From: Tubulanus polymorphus
Lineage: Eukaryota > Animalia > Nemertea
Assembly: GCF_964204645.1 (NCBI RefSeq)
Contig: NC_134026.1
Location: 26,570,150 to 26,634,149 of the forward strand
Direction of reading: 5' to 3'
Length of the DNA: 64,000 nt
Shown here: piece by piece, positions 26,050 through 41,913 of the stretch
Position numbering within the stretch: position 1 is the first letter of the stretch
Layout: the number at the start of each line of letters is the position of its first letter
The notes under the pieces: generated by a model
What the model saw: the letters and a program-made list of their open reading frames with translations, nothing else
The model's database searches: none
Told to the model about the DNA's origin: nothing
Made by a program: the position numbers and the translations under genes

Positions 26050-29000
26050 CGCAATTCGCCTCTTCCCTTCCGGTCTAGCATGAATCGCTACGACCGGCAA
26101 TCTTTTTCCGGTAAATATCTTATAAACGCGTACCCGAAATACCGTCTATAGACATCACGACATAAAACATATCGATGTAACAGTTCATATCAGAGGAGAA
26201 ACAAAGACTCACGTGTGATAAAACACCTTGCCCTATCAATGCTAAAATTGTTTTCATCTGTAAGTATAATTCATTGTATTTTTGTAATACTATCTATTTT
26301 TATACGAGGCTGTAATATGTTAACGATTCAATAATCAGTTCTTTGTTCGTGTACGTATGCGTATAGAAGGATTTGAAATCTTAATCGTTAATTGCATCTA
26401 CATCGATGAATACTCAATCTATTTCGTGGAAATGTTATTTTAAGACCATGACAATAATACATAGTTGTTTTGTAACGTTGAAGCAATTCTATATGTGTCA
26501 ATAAAGTTATCTCTTATTTTCAACGATATTCTTTTTTCTTTTATCATTATCGTTGAGGAGTATACGTGTTGAAGACATCAATCATATGAATTCAGGACTA
26601 TCCACAGAACTCGTTTTTAAAAGATGACCGGAAAGTTATATACATGGTTATGATAATTTGGTTTTGACCCTAAGATCGTTCGATTTCCGACTTCAGAATC
26701 GAACCCCTGTTTCTCTTACGGCAGGTGGGGTGGGTTTGTAAGGTGTACACTTAATCAAAACAAATCGAACGAAATCTACCAATCAAATGAATAACAGGGT
26801 CAATCCCTATTTCAAGATCAAAAAAGATCGTACTTGCGGCTGTGCATATACAATGATGTGACATCACAGTTGTATGATATCCAATGTATTTTTAGAGTGT
26901 GTTCTGTAATTAGGGACATTGATCACGTGTAATTACTTGAGAAACCACAAAAATGTATATCTCGACGACGGTATATCAGTCACCGGATACGTGTTACAAT
27001 TACAGCATGGCATAAAATGACAAGTCGTATCCATTGAATCAGGCAGCAGAGCGATTCGTTTCCAAATCACTACTCATAGAATAATCCGGACATAGTACGA
27101 GTACATAATCAACAAATTATTTACATTGGCCTCGAGATTAGCGATTGAGTTTAGATTATTCAAGATAACTAACTTGTAGATTCATATTGCATAGAAAATT
27201 AGACTCATGAAATTGATTTGCTAACAAAATAAATACCAATATTCACAATTTTCAATGTTATTTTGAAACCCCAAAATTGATGACGTATGCACATCGACTG
27301 ACACAGTAACCCTTAGATAAGGCCGTATATGTACATAGCGGGGGCAATTGAATTTAGGCAAAGTGCCCTTTTTTCTAATATCTACTGACAAGATTTTGCT
27401 ATTGGCCTAAAAGAGTTTTTGTTAGGGCATATTAGATGAATCGCTCATCGGGTTTTTTGTTTAGGTAACTACCTTTTGTCAGGTTTCTCTGAGCATCCCC
27501 CTCCAATAGAGTAGTTTTGATATGAATACATAAAAACATTATTGCTTTCCTGCAGTTGGATATTCGAGAAGCGCACTCAAACATAATCACCATGTCTTTA
27601 GAACGGAATCTTCTCAAACTCGAACTGTATGATTTAGATATTTAGCACATCATCATCTTGCCACCCACTGCCATAGCACGTGCAACAGCGATTATCACGG
27701 TACAACTAAATTACCAGATATTTCTTCGAGCCATCGTCAAACTGTCTCAGAAAATAATTACACCAAATAATCGACATCCTTCCGCGCACACTCTTGCATT
27801 GCACCCCGTTGTCATGAGATGTTCGATACATACTATGATCGAAAAATTAGAACCGAATTTCTAAAGTGATTTATGATTGGGTAGCCAACTGAATAAATCG
27901 ATATCATCGTGGTTTTCGTAGAAAACTACGTCGTTTTCGAATTTTGGTTCTTGTTCATCTTATCGCCCCACCGGAGATGCTATAGGTCCATTAAATTCGA
28001 CTCAGTATGACGTCAATGCACCAGGATAGCCCCAGATCCGTATCTAACATTCTCGTGGTATCAGCGTAAAGCCATATTGAGAGAAAGAGTGCAAGGCAAA
28101 TATCTGACATTAAACACAACGTGGACTATGCTACAAGTTACTTTTACCGGCCAAGTAATGAAGCGACTGTCAGTATGGCTTTCATCCTTGAACGATCTCT
28201 CTTGGAAAACCTGTAACCATGTAAGGAAAAGTACCACAGAATTCTGAGAATGAAGATTCGGAACATAATAGAGCAGGTAAATGTATGTATGTTTCGAATC
28301 GATATGCCTAGTCAGAAGATCGTTGCCAATGACTGATACCATCTTTACAGTCTTTATAAAGTACAATAGGCTCTTTCCGCGAATGTCATTTGGGAATGCT
28401 TGACGGACCAATTCATGTTGGATTTTCTTCATGACTCTTCAGCCATGCCAATAAAGATGAAAACCCTATTTCCGATAAAATACATTTAGGAAGGTGGTCG
28501 AATGTGATTGGAACCGTTGGATACGGTGTACTAAGACATCCGCGTAAGATTAAAGAATCGTGTTTACATCGTACTGCGTTACTTAATTTTTGAGACAATC
28601 GTGATTTGATAACATCAGATGTGATCCCGTCGCAATTGCATCCGTATACGGACGATTGAAAAAAATTACAAAAAAATCCAGACAGCACTTAGTTCACTGA
28701 AATGGAAATGCAATGAGGCTTCACTGCTACCTCAAGTCAGTGTACACTAATCATTGGCGTATATTCATCGATTCAAAAGAAAAAAGATAATTCAATTTCA
28801 AGTTTAGATTTCATTCGGCGAAAAATGTCGTCAACATAGTGATATTTCAATAAGGCCTATAAAAAAGCTTGGATGGCGGACTTTTTGGAATAAATCCGTC
28901 GTCATCCAAGTTATCTAAAAGATAGTCTTGCAAATATATTTGGATATCAACCTATATCAACCGATAGGAAACGATGAATACATACAAGCATACATGCCTT

Positions 29001-30926
29001 CCGTACAAATTCCCGAAGTGAATCCCCAATAACGCCCAGTGTTGAGTTTAAAAAAAAGAGATTCAAAATAGATTGCGATAAAACATCGATTGACATTAGA
29101 CAGAAGTTTTTTTGTAATTCTGATAAAATATTGCAGTAAATTATAACATCTAACCACATGTTGAATTACATATTCACGATATGAACTACTTATTCGAAAA
29201 ATAAAATTCTCCGCCAAGCTATCCATTATATAGCTAGCCTACGTCATAAAAGTCAATAAATCTTGTCTGAGGCAAAAAGGTGTATTTACAGTTTGAAGCA
29301 ATGTAGGTTATAAGGATATCGACAATTTTCTGGATTAGCGAAAAAACTAAAATGATGAAATGTATGATGGAAAATAGTTGCGGATCGTATTCCGCAATTC
29401 GGTAGGACACACTTTAAAGGATGTTTCGGAAAAACATGATTTAAGGTTAGTGGGCGACAACATTAAAAAAGACAGTCGTCTCACTCCGGCCGGTCGGTGA
29501 TGCGCTCTTTTGGTTTGATATATCAATCCATTTTCTTCCCGACAGCTTGCGTCGTCTGAACTCAGAAAAGGAATTACATGGCCCACCGGAATTGATCGGT
29601 TATTACTGTCATAAGTTATTGCTGAATTGACACCATGAATAAAAGATTTCCCTCCGAATCATCGTTAATGGCACCGCAAAAGATACTCATTATCAGTGCG
29701 TCTTGCGTTAGAAATTTATCACCGCATTCCAATTTTAAACAATATGCTCATTTGTAGCCAATTTTTGAGATGGGTATGACATTTTAAGGCATCTCATTCA
29801 AAGACTGCCATAAATTAATCGTAGCTTATTATGCTTATTGACCGAACTGGTGAATTAAGCACGAATGAAGTATAACAGATCAGTTTGAGTGATACATGTT
29901 TCAGCATGCATTCTACCAAAATGAAAGAACTCCAATACCTTCACAGTGAACTTGAACTGTTGCGCACGAATCAGACGAGACAAGAAGCCTGAAGTGCATT
30001 TCAAAATTTAATTTTCGGTCTTCGTGTAGTAATTAAAACATTTTGTTGTTGCAAATCAAATTACTCAACTGATTAGGCTTCAACGTGAAATTATTTTTTA
30101 ATCAGGCTTTGTGGTTTTCAGGACGAGGGCTTGTAAATATGATTTAGAAAAAGAACCAAGTTCCATTCAAAAATGCCAAAAGAGGAAAGTATATTCTTCT
30201 AAGAATTTCAGTTCAGCATGCGCTGACTGGGTCTTTAATGGACACAAAAATCGAGAATACGGCATAAGAAAGGGCATCATTCGTTTCACTTACAATTATG
30301 ATCGATCTATCCCATCATTTTCATCGGCAATATGAAAAGAACGTGGTTTCCAATAGATATCGCAGAGCGCGGACAGAGGAAAAATTTCCCAATCATCATT
30401 ACCCACGAAAGAATCAAGTCTAGACGACATTGGAAAGGTTCACCAAAGATACTCCGAGGAAATTAGCGTTCTCCCAGAACTATACTAATGCGGCTGGTTA
30501 AATTAACCAAAATAATCCAATAATATACGCCAAGTGCCGAGGAGGACACCCGCTGTCACATGGAAATGTCAGATCAAACTTATTGGTGGTAACAGAGAGG
30601 TATAACTGGAACTGGTCACCATGCAAGACATTGCGATGCTCTATCCGTCAGTTCAAGTCTCGTCATTCTGGTGTGGACACTCGGCGCAAGTATCACATGA
30701 TTACAATTTGGCAAAACACAGTTTGACAGCTAGAAAATCCTCATATTCGGGATTCGAACCCAATACAACAACAATCATCAATCTGACCCTTCAAAGTATT
30801 GCATTAAGTAGTGATTGAATTGAATTGATGTGTTTTTGACGTGAAACTCAAAACAAACCGGTTTAAACCCTAACCATTGAATGATAGATAGGTATTTTGT
30901 TCTTATTTTGTTAATATACTCCTATT

Positions 30927-34108
<3,182 letters not shown>

Positions 34109-34964
34109 GAACTTGGCTTACTACCTGTGTTGTGTAAATATACCAGTACGTAACTGAAAAAGAAACTGTGTCTGAAAGCAATTCTGATGAATGAAAAAAT
34201 GAAACTTTGAAAATTTTAACATGTACGGTTTGTATCTATAAATCTGTAAGAGTTAATTGACCATCATGTACATAGGGAAGGTCGCCAATTTATGAATGGG
34301 ACCAGCATCATAATTTTTTCAATGTCTGTTCAAAATCATGGATACATCCATCTTAAATGTCTGTTTTATTTTTGTATTGATAACTGATGATTGTATTATT
34401 AGCATTTATTGTGTTGATATCTCGTTAACTGTAGTCTATTCACAATTTTATCATTAATGTTCTGTTTACAGAATATTGTCCTGGTTTTCTAACACTAGCC
34501 ATAATTTCTCAAATCATGAACACCTTTATTTCGTTTTTGACACTTTATGCATCGAAAAGTATCAAATTCTTGAAATATTGTCTTGTGTCAAAACCTATTA
34601 TCATTTGCTCTAAGTTGTTAACTGTAGAAATTCATGTAAATAAAAATTGACAATTTGCAGAAAATCGTCCTTGGTAAATGTATCCGGTTTCTGGTTGCGC
34701 TTCATTGAATTTATATGTTTCCTGGGGAGTAAGAGGAACGAGATCTATCGAAAGTTTTAATTTCTCCAATTAATAAGTTACGAGTTCAGTATCGTCATTT
34801 CAGTTTCGGGCGTGTCGCGTTTTATAAGGCAAATATAGCATTGATTGAATTGAATTCGTGCCCCAGCCGCTCATGCCAGGCTTCAATAGCTGCAGAATAT
34901 TCGGGATATATAGAGCTCTATCATTTTGCTATATCAGACATAGAACTTAATTATTTGTTTCATA

Positions 34965-35703
34965 ATGTCGTTGGAAACTGTCCCAAAAGATTTGAGAAAC
35001 CTTAGAGGCTGCCTTCTGTGTTCATTAGTGAAAGTAAGTATTGAAATGAGCTTATAGATCGTGGCAATTAGTCCTCATTGTAGCAGGTCGTGCTAAGTAT
35101 CGCAAAAACCAATGAAAATCTTTCATGAAATTATTATAATGCTTATTTAGACGTTTGAACAGTTTGAATTTGATGGATGTGATAACTGTGAAGAATATCT
35201 ACGGATGAAAAGCAACAGAGATGCGGTATATGAATGCACCAGTAATAACTTCGATGGGTCAGTATCGTTAAAATCCACCTACTTCTCGTGGTAGAGTTCA
35301 GTTCAGAGACTTGATTGATTGATATTCTCCTAAATCTGAAGACTCATTTACAATCTAAAACAGCATTTTCATTGCGAGTGAGAAAATAGTATCCAATTTT
35401 GATATGTAGTAATCTTTTCTACAGATTGATCGCTATCATGGGACCAGAGGACAGTTGGGTTGGCAAATGGCAAAGAATAAGTAGGTAGTGGGCTCTCAGA
35501 AATAAGAATAATGAGTTTGCACTGATCAGTTTTATTATATCAAAGGTACTTCACTAATAAGTATATATTGATTTACAGATAAATTTTCTAAAGGTTGTTA
35601 TGCGGTATCCGTGACCGGCCGGTTACCACCTGGTATAGTTCGAGAATTAAAGAGTAAAGGAATTACTTATCGATCACGGGATACTAGTGAGAAAAACTCC
35701 TAA
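34965..35703 (+). CDS. SUPT4H1: Transcription elongation factor SPT4 (DSIF small subunit), 4 exons
   Basis: [23 protein letters not shown]|[13 protein letters not shown]...FDG|[18 protein letters not shown]|...[10 protein letters not shown]...[11 protein letters not shown]. Missed by the ORF track because the exons are short. Confidence 0.97.
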
Positions 35704-35790
35704 TCATCTAATAGATGTCTTATAGTATGAAACCACATTATTTTGGACTAATTTCAAAAGACTTTGATTGTAATATATATATATATATGT

Positions 35791-35954
35791 GGGATCATTC
35801 ATTTATTACGTACACATAAAATTTGAATATTTCAACCCCCCTCCCCCTCTGTACGCAAAATCGGCCATTTTTTCATATACATTAAGCATTACAGTACGCA
35901 GTTGCAATGACCCCTCCCCCTCCCCTAATGCGTACGTAATAAATGAATGACCCC
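35791..35954. mobile_element. MITE with ~26-bp TIRs in the SUPT4H1 3' UTR
   Basis: GGGATCATTCATTTATTACGTACACA ... TGCGTACGTAATAAATGAATGACCCC, flanked on both sides by TATGT. Confidence 0.85.
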
Positions 35955-36237
35955 TATGTATTGTGATTTGTGTAAATAAATATTTATGTAGAAAATTGGA
36001 TATTGCTGTGACTTAATCATTGAGAGAGCTTTTCAAGAGGACAAGGTTGAACTTAGTATTGAACATAATTTATTAACCAATAACAGGAAAATTAATGCAA
36101 CAATCAACTAAGAATTATTGAAAACTCATAGAACTTTACATGGAAATTAAGGAAGGTAAACTTTATCACAGAGGTTGGATGCTGATATCACACTTTCAGC
36201 ATATGTGTATTATAACTTAAGATGTAGATGCATCTTG

Positions 36238-38743
36238 TCAGATCTCGTTAATTGTTGCAAGAATTGTGTTCATCATCACTTCAGCTGAATCGATGTATGA
36301 TTCATAGGCATAGAACTCTGCATCAGTGAGTTGGCGTACAGAAAAGCAACGGAATACATCTGTATTCTGATCATAATTACCAATACACCTACGAATACCA
36401 TTATTGAATGTAGTTCCATAATTCGAATAATGTTCAAAATAGTAAACGAATAATGTTCAAAATAGTAAATAAGTCTTGTGATTTGGTACATACTTATGTA
36501 TTTTTCCAGCTTCCATTTGAGATATGCCACGATCCTTAAAAACAAAGAGAAAGAATTCAACCGGTGCATTCAGTGACATATATACAAAACGTCAGAAATA
36601 TTTCATACAACTCACAATTTCATAAAAGATGCATTGTACAGTATCCTCTCTATCTGATAGTCTAAATGATCTGTATGAATGATCTATACCAACAGACCTC
36701 AATTCACCGAATATTTCAAATATCATGTTCATTTGACTGTTCAGTTGTGACCATATTTTCATCTTAGTAATTGATGCAGGTACAACTCTCAATCCAATAC
36801 TATCATTCTTAGGTTTTTTTATTGGTTTTGGTTGAGGCCAAGCATCTCCAGCTGGACCAGGTCGAGAATTCTATAAAAAAGGATGGACAGTACGTGCCTT
36901 GCGACATGCATTGTGCTCTACAACTTTATAGTTGTGTTTTCTTTTACAATATGATTGAAATGAGTGTGGATAAAAATGGACTGAGTAATTTTCAGATTCT
37001 GGGTACTAGACATGTTCCCAGTTGAGCGGCCTTGTGATACGAGGTGCTGCCGCTATGTTAACCGTCAGCGGATTTTTCATACACTAACATGAATCGACTC
37101 TGGCAATCGAGTTGCACGTGCTGCCGGTTGATTGCCAGGGTAGATTCTTGTTAGTGTACGAAAAATCCGCTAACGGCTAATATAGCGGCAGCACCTCATA
37201 ACGTAACGAGTCGTTACGTAGACCATCTTTAGTCGCCCGCGACGGCGTCGGCGTGAGACTGGTCACACGTTCTACTTTAGTCGACGCAATGCGATTTCTT
37301 TTCCCAGCCGTTATAGCGCTCAGTAGGCTGGACTGTCAAAACGGGACCTGTGAGGCGCATCACACGATTGGATTTCGATTAACCATGGACTCTATCCATG
37401 GATTAACTTACCGTTTGATAATTATCTGTTGGTTTAGTGAGTATACTCATAGTCTGATTGATACAGTGTGAGGATTGATTTTGTTTACTCTGATAGTTGA
37501 TAGCAGAAGTAACCGATGCATTGTAGTGTTGAGTTGATTCAACTTGTTGCCAGGATGATGTTTGCCGATAATTTCCTAATTGTTTTCTAAATAGAAAGAT
37601 ATCACACTCCATAGTTTCATTTCCTTCATTAACAATAAAAACAAAGACATTTTCCTACCTGTTCTTAGCGGTATTATTTGCGCTTGTTTTTGCTATTTGT
37701 GTTGGTGTTGGAAGCAGTCTGGGAACTTTATTGTGGGAATAATTTGGTTTGGAAGACATCGAGCTAAATGGGAAAAAAGTAGTTTAATTACTGCAGCAGG
37801 TCACCAATTGAAATTTATATCACATTTTACCAGGATTCCATAGTGTGATTCAAGGGTTCAAATCCTTTATTCCGTTTGTTCCATCCTACAATTGTATAAT
37901 GCAGACGAAAAAGCTAACTTTCGATAAACTCGCTAATATCAGAGAATTCAACATTTTACTGTGCGTAGTTTTATCCCATACCGTTATTCTGAGGTTCTGG
38001 TAGATTTTGTTGCTGCCCTGCAGTATATCGAGGGGGCAGTGTTGTCTCATTGGGTATTTGTTTTATCAATTGCTGAGGAGGTTTTGGAACGAATTTAGCC
38101 ACTGCATTTGATGACGGATGCTGAATATTTGAAGTGTTAGTTGGTTTCCTTGGTAGTGCACTTTGATAGATCGCATGGTTCTTCCATTGAGTGGAATTGT
38201 AAGTTGAACTGTCGAACTCATCTAGAGTATTTTGTTGGTAAATAGAACTGAGTGTTGCAGACGTCGATGGTGGTCTTTTAGGTTTAGCCAAGCCTTATAA
38301 TTTGGATTAAAAAAATTACAATAGAATATTAGAAAGAGTCCACAGGGGTTGAGTTTTGCTAGATTGCCTCCGCACAGCACAGTTTTGAACTTACTTGCCG
38401 GGGTTGGGGCGTTTGTTAATGATGCTGGGTTATTTGTTTGGCTCATCGGATAGGCATACAAGGCTTGTCTTGGTTTCTTTCGATTGAAAATGGGAACAAT
38501 CGTTTTTTGGTTTGATTTTGCTGGAATGGAAGAATACGATACAATCGGGACTCGAGTGGAGGTGAGAAAATTCAACGAAAAAGTCATCAACAACCACCAG
38601 GCCGGCCGTCGTCGACGAGACACGCAGGAGGCAGAGATGATAATCAAATATGATTTATAATATATTGATAGGTAAGAGAGGTTTCAGTATATCAGTATGT
38701 CGCATTTCCGGGGTAACCAACACGACGACATACCTGCCGACAT
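36238..38743 (-). CDS. SPATA22: Spermatogenesis-associated protein 22 (meiotic MEIOB partner, C-terminal OB fold)
   Basis: N-terminal VPIFNRKKPRQAL matches the recalled SPATA22 motif PVPLFNQKKRNRQPL; low-complexity middle exons; C-terminal LRVVPASITKMKIW...FEIFG...VQCIFYEIDR...KCIGNYDQNTDVFRCFSVR...INEI*. Start exon ATGTCGGCAG|GTATGT at 38743-38734 is less certain. Confidence 0.9.
37040..37198. mobile_element. Fold-back Tc1/mariner-type MITE in a SPATA22 intron
   Basis: About 68-nt arms (GAGGTGCTGCCGCTAT...CTGGCAATC and its inverse) with a few mismatches; TA|CGAGG terminus and TA on both flanks. Confidence 0.8.
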
Positions 38744-39465
38744 CGCTAGGTTTATTAAATGAATTTGAAACTGAATGGAACTCTTCTCTGAAGCACGTGA
38801 TATCATTGATCCGTGACAGGCCCAGATGCCGAGTTAAATGCAAGTCAGCGATGCGAGTGGCATGGTATAATCGATGGTTCGAATCCCACGATCGTGAATA
38901 CCCTTGCTTGCCACAGACAATTTATTTGCCTTTACGGGATGAATATATATTGCCATGGGATGGCCGAGTGAAAGCATCTTCAAGCTATCTCGCCCGGGTT
39001 AGGCACAATTTGGAAGAGGTATTTTCAGCATACGGGTACGAAATGCGAGAAACAGCACCATCATTGGATTTTCACACACACAACGACGAATCAAGTCTAC
39101 ATTAACAATGACTACTTTACTTAGGCAAATTTTATTTCATAAGCAGTGTATAGCTACAATTTTGAAATAATTTAATGATTTGAACTGAATACTTTTACAT
39201 AAATTTTTAACAGTGGAACCAAAGGTTATAATTATTATAGGCTATGGAAATGAACTGATTTATCAAAAGGTGACAAGTGTCAAGATTTTTCAATTAAAAT
39301 GATTATTAAAGTAAGATTGCACAGACCCTGATAAGCTCTCTTGATGTCGTACAATGTGTTAAGAAATTAATGGCTATGCATCGTAACAATATAACAGTTT
39401 AAACTATACAACCATACACCGGTTTATAACGCTAATGATTAACTGATCAAACTTAATAAGAGAGG

Positions 39466-41459
39466 CTACATAATGGAGTCATCCAAACAATGAACAGGGA
39501 ATTCCTTGGGTGGAACATCAATGATAAGACAGCTATCATCACCGACGTACGTAACACTGTCATCGAGTTCTTCAATTAAAGCTATATCCTCATCGATAAC
39601 AATTGCACGCTCTTTTGGCTGAACTTCCTTACGAACTAGAACTTGGTAGGATTTGCCTTCAGCATCCACACGATTCTCAAACTGTTCGATCATTTCGCGT
39701 TTAATGTGAACCAATGGAACACCGGTAGACAATGTTGAAAACTGTTCCATGGTTTGATCAACAGCCGATTGAAACTCGACATTGGCATCTACTTCCTGAA
39801 AGGATATAGGAACATGATATCTTTATCTTTCAATAAGCGGCCAATTGCACTACAGAGTACAACAGTGGTTGCAAAGGGCCCACTGATCCATATCTGGTTA
39901 TCACATGAGCTGAGGGATTGTGAAAGTTTGCTAACATTAACTAAATCAGAAATTAATTATCATCTATGTAGATGTACTCCATAATTTTAAGGTTTAGCGA
40001 AACAACCAAAGGCGTAGCATATTCGCAATGAAGAAGACAATAACGAGACAATGAAAGGACTAATATGCCCATGGCTTCTAAATACTACTATCCCTACAAC
40101 AGTAAGAATATTCCTAGAGTAGCCGTGTTAACCTGGTTTAAAGTAAGTAACGAGACGAGTAGTACTATATAGGTTAACTATTTAACAGTAAGAATCTAAC
40201 TTACTTGCTTAATTTTTTTTGATTGAGCTTTTGATGGGGTAGTCCTTTCTGATTTAGGCTTCAGATTTTCCTGCAAATGCGGCAAAGAGAAAATACAAAC
40301 TTATCACAAATAAAGTGGGGCAAATACAGTATAAAAAAGTATATCATACATCCTGGATAAGACCCATTTCTACGAGTATTGGTCTCATTCTATAATTAAG
40401 GGTTATTGTATCCAACAATCTCCCCCTCGAGTATCTTGTCATTCGTGTATATTTCGTTCGATTTGTCCCCACGTAACGATATAACTCTTTACCACTGGCC
40501 GTTGTTGCTAAGCCTTTAGATCCTACAATCAAATTTTACAGTTAACACTGGGTGGCAAATTCATATAATTGATCAGAACACACAGAGACTTAATGAATAT
40601 TTTTCAGTCAAACTCACCACAATCTTGTTTGGTTGCGTGTTTAAAACCAGCACTAGAGCTGTCACCCATGTTGTTACTGAAATCCCGAAATCTATCTTGC
40701 ACTGTTTTTGTCACCTCTCCCTTGTGAAAGGCTTCCAAACATCGCAGTTCTATTGTACCAAGTTTTTTTCTCCTCGCTTTTTCACACCTGTCTTTCTGGA
40801 ATAAACAGAAAATAAATGTTTAAAAGCAATGCAGGCTTATGCATAAATACAAACTCAAAACAGGGGTGAAAACAAACTAACCTCACTTTCTGAGAATCTT
40901 GGCAGAGTAAACAATAACTCTCTATGAACACCTTCTCCATCTGTATAGCCATCTACAGTCCTACAATATTACAATCATAATACATTTATAGGCGGTATAG
41001 ATAACACAAGAGGATACTGATAAGGCCGGAAAAATATTCTATAAGGTATGGGCCAAATTTGACTCTGTGGTCCAACTGTTTTCTACAGATATCTACGAGA
41101 TACTTTACCAACACTTTCCAAATTTGAGTGGTTTGTTCCATATGTATATCCCATCAATATAAAGTTCATACCATGCTACACCGCTGCATTTGGGATTAAC
41201 CTCAATTTTGTAAGGCGTTACCGGCCATTCCTAAACAAAAAAGTCTATTCAGTCAAATTATATTCTCAAAATCGTAAGTAAATAATATTTGGCATTTAGA
41301 TACCTGACATACCTGAACTTCTGGTTCCGTTGTTTTGACAGTGTATGTCCATTTTGTGTTGATTTTACTTTCTATGTATATCTGTCCATCATGATGATAT
41401 TCTTCGAGCGCTGAACCACCAACTTTAACAAATAAATCAAAGTACTTGCCTAATCCCAT
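39466..41459 (-). CDS. Uncharacterised 7-exon protein; N-terminal domain resembles fungal DUF7918-type proteins; acidic SIM-like C-terminal tail
   Basis: In-frame exons give MGLGKYFDLFVKVGGSALEEY...YIES...WYELYIDG...RELLFTLPR...KLGTIEL...ITLNYRMRPILVEMGLI...KIKQE...HIKRE...AIVIDED...CLIIDV...*. The gene model is solid; the family call is from memory. Confidence 0.75.
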
Positions 41460-41790
41460 GGTAGGCGCGCGTCAGATGATTCAAATTCCCCTCCTCGTGT
41501 AAAAAAGTCACTTTCGTAGAGCAGAGCCAGTCACTGTTTAATTGCAGCGCCAAGCGCATGAGTAGAAACATTTAGGCCTATATCACTTTTTACTGATTGA
41601 ATATACTCAAATGAGTGTATTCTAAACACGGAAAAATAAGAAAGATCGAATAGGTAATACTGAAATGAAAAGAAATCCCATTAATAAACTTAATTGATTT
41701 AATAAGGGTACGGTTCTCGGCGGTAGATAGCATAAATTTTGCCAACATGGCGTCGTTTGCGTTCTGATTCATATTGATTTCATATTGTAA
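41460..41790. promoter_or_regulatory. Bidirectional promoter between the DUF7918-like gene and KANSL3, with a YY1-type motif and a uORF
   Basis: Head-to-head genes; GGCGCGCG near 41464; CAACATGGCG at 41743-41752, whose ATG opens the uORF MASFAF* (41747-41767) before a GTAAGT donor. Confidence 0.6.
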
Positions 41791-41913
41791 GTTCTTTTTT
41801 CCGAGAACCCTCATTTTAAGATGAACTGTAACTGCATGATTGCCTCATATTGATTCTGGTTTTTTCCATTTTAAATGATGTTTCAGTTGATTGTCTGTGG
41901 TCATCGTAAACTT

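Noticed and set aside
26047-26151. Stop-codon readthrough extension of the 5-HT receptor (about 33 open codons)
   Set aside because: TAA is the least leaky stop and this length can occur by chance.
28061-28688. Minus-strand ORFs of 123 and 91 aa in the gap between the GPCR and CHEK2
   Set aside because: No coherent splice model or motif; possibly very old repeat debris.
30749-30762. tRNA-like B-boxes here and near 20229, 38876 and 62720
   Set aside because: No cloverleaf or acceptor stem; at most decayed SINE heads.
30865-30875. AAACCCTAACC as a telomerase RNA template
   Set aside because: Single short match just upstream of the CHEK2 ATG, with no pseudoknot or H/ACA domain evident.
38650-39105. 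151-aa plus-strand ORF
   Set aside because: It overlaps SPATA22 exon 1 and promoter in antisense, covers a B-box-containing SINE-like stretch, and has no recognisable domain.
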